NCBI GenBank assembly: GCA_002633005.1
Contig: NMRA01000291.1
Coordinates: forward strand, 104,026 to 168,025
Direction: 5' to 3'
Source of the DNA: Phoronis australis
Taxonomy: Eukaryota > Animalia > Phoronida
Length of the DNA: 64,000 nt
In this document: positions 61,803 through 64,000 of the stretch, one piece after another
How the letters are laid out: every line of letters starts with the position of its first letter
Position numbering within the stretch: the stretch's first letter is position 1
The notes under the pieces: model-generated
What the model saw: the letters and a program-made list of their open reading frames with translations, nothing else
Databases searched by the model: none
Told to the model about the DNA's origin: nothing
Position numbers and translations under genes: made by a program

Positions 61803-63504
61803 TTTTTATGCGCCCACATATTTATATGTGGACGTCATCTCCATCCGTCCATCCGTCCGGGCGGCGTCTGTCCAGCGTCCGCTGCTTTATCTCCAAAACC
61901 CTTTGACATATGCTCATGAAATTTGGCACATATGTTTCATTCATGAATGGGACTTCATGTGCAAACTTTCAGACGGATCCGACTACCGGTGTGCCCCCTA
62001 GTGGCAATTTTAGTTTTTTACGCTTACATTTGTGTCTTCAAAAGTCCTGAACGGATTTTCATGAAATTTGGTATGTAGGCACCTATTAGTGAGATGACGC
62101 TATCCTCCCGTTTTCAGATGGATTCAACATAGTTTGCGCCACCTAGTGGCCATTTTTAGTGTTTTCGAGTCTGTTTTTGTGCGTCCACCCCTCTATCAAC
62201 CAAACCGCTCAAAGGATGATTGTGAAAATTGGCATGTATATGCTTACTATGTAGAGGACGGTTGACGATGATTTTCCGATGATTTCGACTACTGTGGCGC
62301 CTCCTAGTGGCAGTTTTTTTTTGCGCCTATGGCTGTATCTCCTAAACTGTTCGCAGGATCGTTACGAAATTGTGTAATTATATTTATATGATGTTAACAA
62401 CTGAAGATGACGACTTTTGGACGGATCCGACTACCAGTGTGCCCCCTTGTGGCAATTTTATTTTTTTACGTTTACCTTTGTATCTTCAAAAGTCCTTAAC
62501 GGAATATTCATGAAATTTAATATGTAGGCACCTATTAGTGAGATGACGCTATCCACCCATTTTCGGATGGATTCAACGTAGTTTGCGCCACCTAGTGGCC
62601 ATTTTTACTGTTTTCGAGTCTGTATTTTTGCGTCCACCCCTCTATCAACCAAACCGCTCAAAGGATGATAGTGAAAATTGGCATGTATGTGCTTACTATA
62701 AAGAGGACAGCTGACATTGATTTTCAAACGATTTGGACTACTGTGGCGCCTCCTTGTGGCAGTTTTGTTTTTTGCGCCTATGGCTGTATCTCCTAAACCG
62801 TTCGCAGGATTTTTATGAATTTAGTAAGTGTATTTATATGATGTTAGCAATGGACGACAACGACTTTTGGACAGATCTGACTACTGTTGTGCCCCCTAGT
62901 GGCAATTTTAATTTTTTACGTTTAACTCAGTATCTTCAAAGGTCCTCATCAGATTTTCATAAAATTTTAAATATAGGCATCTATTGTTTTTGTATGGAAT
63001 CGAGGTATTTTGCACCACCTAGTGGCTATTTTTGCTGTTTTCAAATCTTGTTTTTGGTGTCCACCCCTGTATCAACCAAATCATTTGAAAATTGGCATAT
63101 ATGTTCTCAGTGTGAAGATGACCTTTGATGATGGTGACTGACTGCTGTGGCACCTCCTAGTGGTTGTTTTGTTTTGCACCCATAGTTGTATCTCCTAAAC
63201 CCACTACAGGATCTTTACTAAGTGTATTTATATGAAGATAACAACAGACGTCGACGACGACTTTCAGGCGGATCCAACGGACACTGTGCCCACTAGTGGC
63301 AATTTTGTTTTATTCTGTTTTCCTTTGTTTCTCTGAAGTTCCTTGACAGAATTTTATGAAATATGGCATGTTCCTGTTTTTGAATGGATTGTATGTTTTT
63401 GCGCTATCTAGTGGCCATTTTTATGATACAAATAAATAACCCTAAAAGCACACCATTTGTAATGTATTTGTGGGCACATTCCACTGCTTCGCATTGCTCT
63501 TGTT
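61803..63504 (+). mobile_element. Helentron-associated (HINE/DINE-1-like) element with an internal higher-order tandem repeat
   Basis: 5' TTTTTATGCGCCCACA with inverted partner TGTGGGCACAT at 63469. A (CCAT/CCGT)n microsatellite lies near the 5' end. The centre is made of ~150-bp subunits arranged in a ~449-bp three-subunit repeat. The 3' end is CTCTTGTT running into a T-rich flank. Confidence 0.72.
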
Positions 63505-63803
63505 TGTTTTTGATTCTCATGTTTTAATGCTGTTGCATATATAAAGTGCGTGATTGTGGATATGGAACCTGCTATTGTCTAAGGAATCTTGTTCGTTTGC
63601 TTGCAAATGTATCATCTTGGCTGTACATTATGATTTTGTTGAATCTTTGAAAATTGTGGAATTCTGTATTAAATAAGTGTTTGATACAGAGAAGTTCCTT
63701 TGTGTGTGATCATTTAATAATGCGTGTATCTCACAGCTGCATTACAGTGAGTATTGGATAAAACTATTGAGTTGTGAATGTGCTTACTCAGCGCAGCAAC
63801 CTG

Positions 63804-64000
63804 GGCCCGGTCTCCAATCTCCGTACTCAGACTCGAATCATGCTCAAACTCACACTTCATACTCAACTCGAGTACAGACTCAGCTTTGGTGTATTCAATG
63901 TCATGCTCGAAAAATCTGTACTCGAAATTTCGAGCACGTACTCAGTTTTCGAGTGTACTCGAACTGAAGTGTATCTAATCTATATTTCGAGTACGATTTT
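63804..64000. mobile_element. Harbinger-like MITE, related subfamily, truncated by the window end
   Basis: CTG followed by GGCCCGGTCTCCAATC, the same TIR as the 4927 and 60152 copies. Reiterated TACTCGA motifs. Confidence 0.75.

Noticed and set aside
60578-64000. Further exons or the stop codon of the coiled-coil gene
   Set aside because: No convincing phase-0 exon was found; the gene probably continues beyond the window.

Overview
AT-rich, intron-rich eukaryotic DNA, probably from a marine invertebrate (inference; the species cannot be fixed from the sequence). Hand-splicing on GT-AG sites gives four protein-coding genes. (1) TOLLIP on the minus strand, six exons visible, with the CUE-domain exon probably beyond the left edge. 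(2) A complete 14-exon F-box/WD40 gene of about 670 aa, head-to-head with TOLLIP across a ~310 bp promoter. (3) A solitary intronless H1.0/H5/H1-delta-type histone H1. (4) A long coiled-coil gene resembling CCDC30, with at least 20 exons and no stop codon found in the window. Introns are full of non-autonomous DNA transposons. The most notable observations are a four-level nested transposon stack in a TOLLIP intron, two THAP-domain ORFs each split by an insertion, a Helentron/HINE-like element carrying 11 co-oriented CTCF-consensus motifs at ~145 bp spacing, five independent tandem duplications straddling splice sites of the coiled-coil gene, and an F-box protein with an apparently duplicated D-domain. 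There is one assembly gap (59432-59834). No rRNA, tRNA or CRISPR array was seen. I do not see a wholly new enzymatic system; the CTCF-motif array and the splice-site-anchored repeats are the best candidates for undescribed biology. All family assignments come from recall, not database searches.
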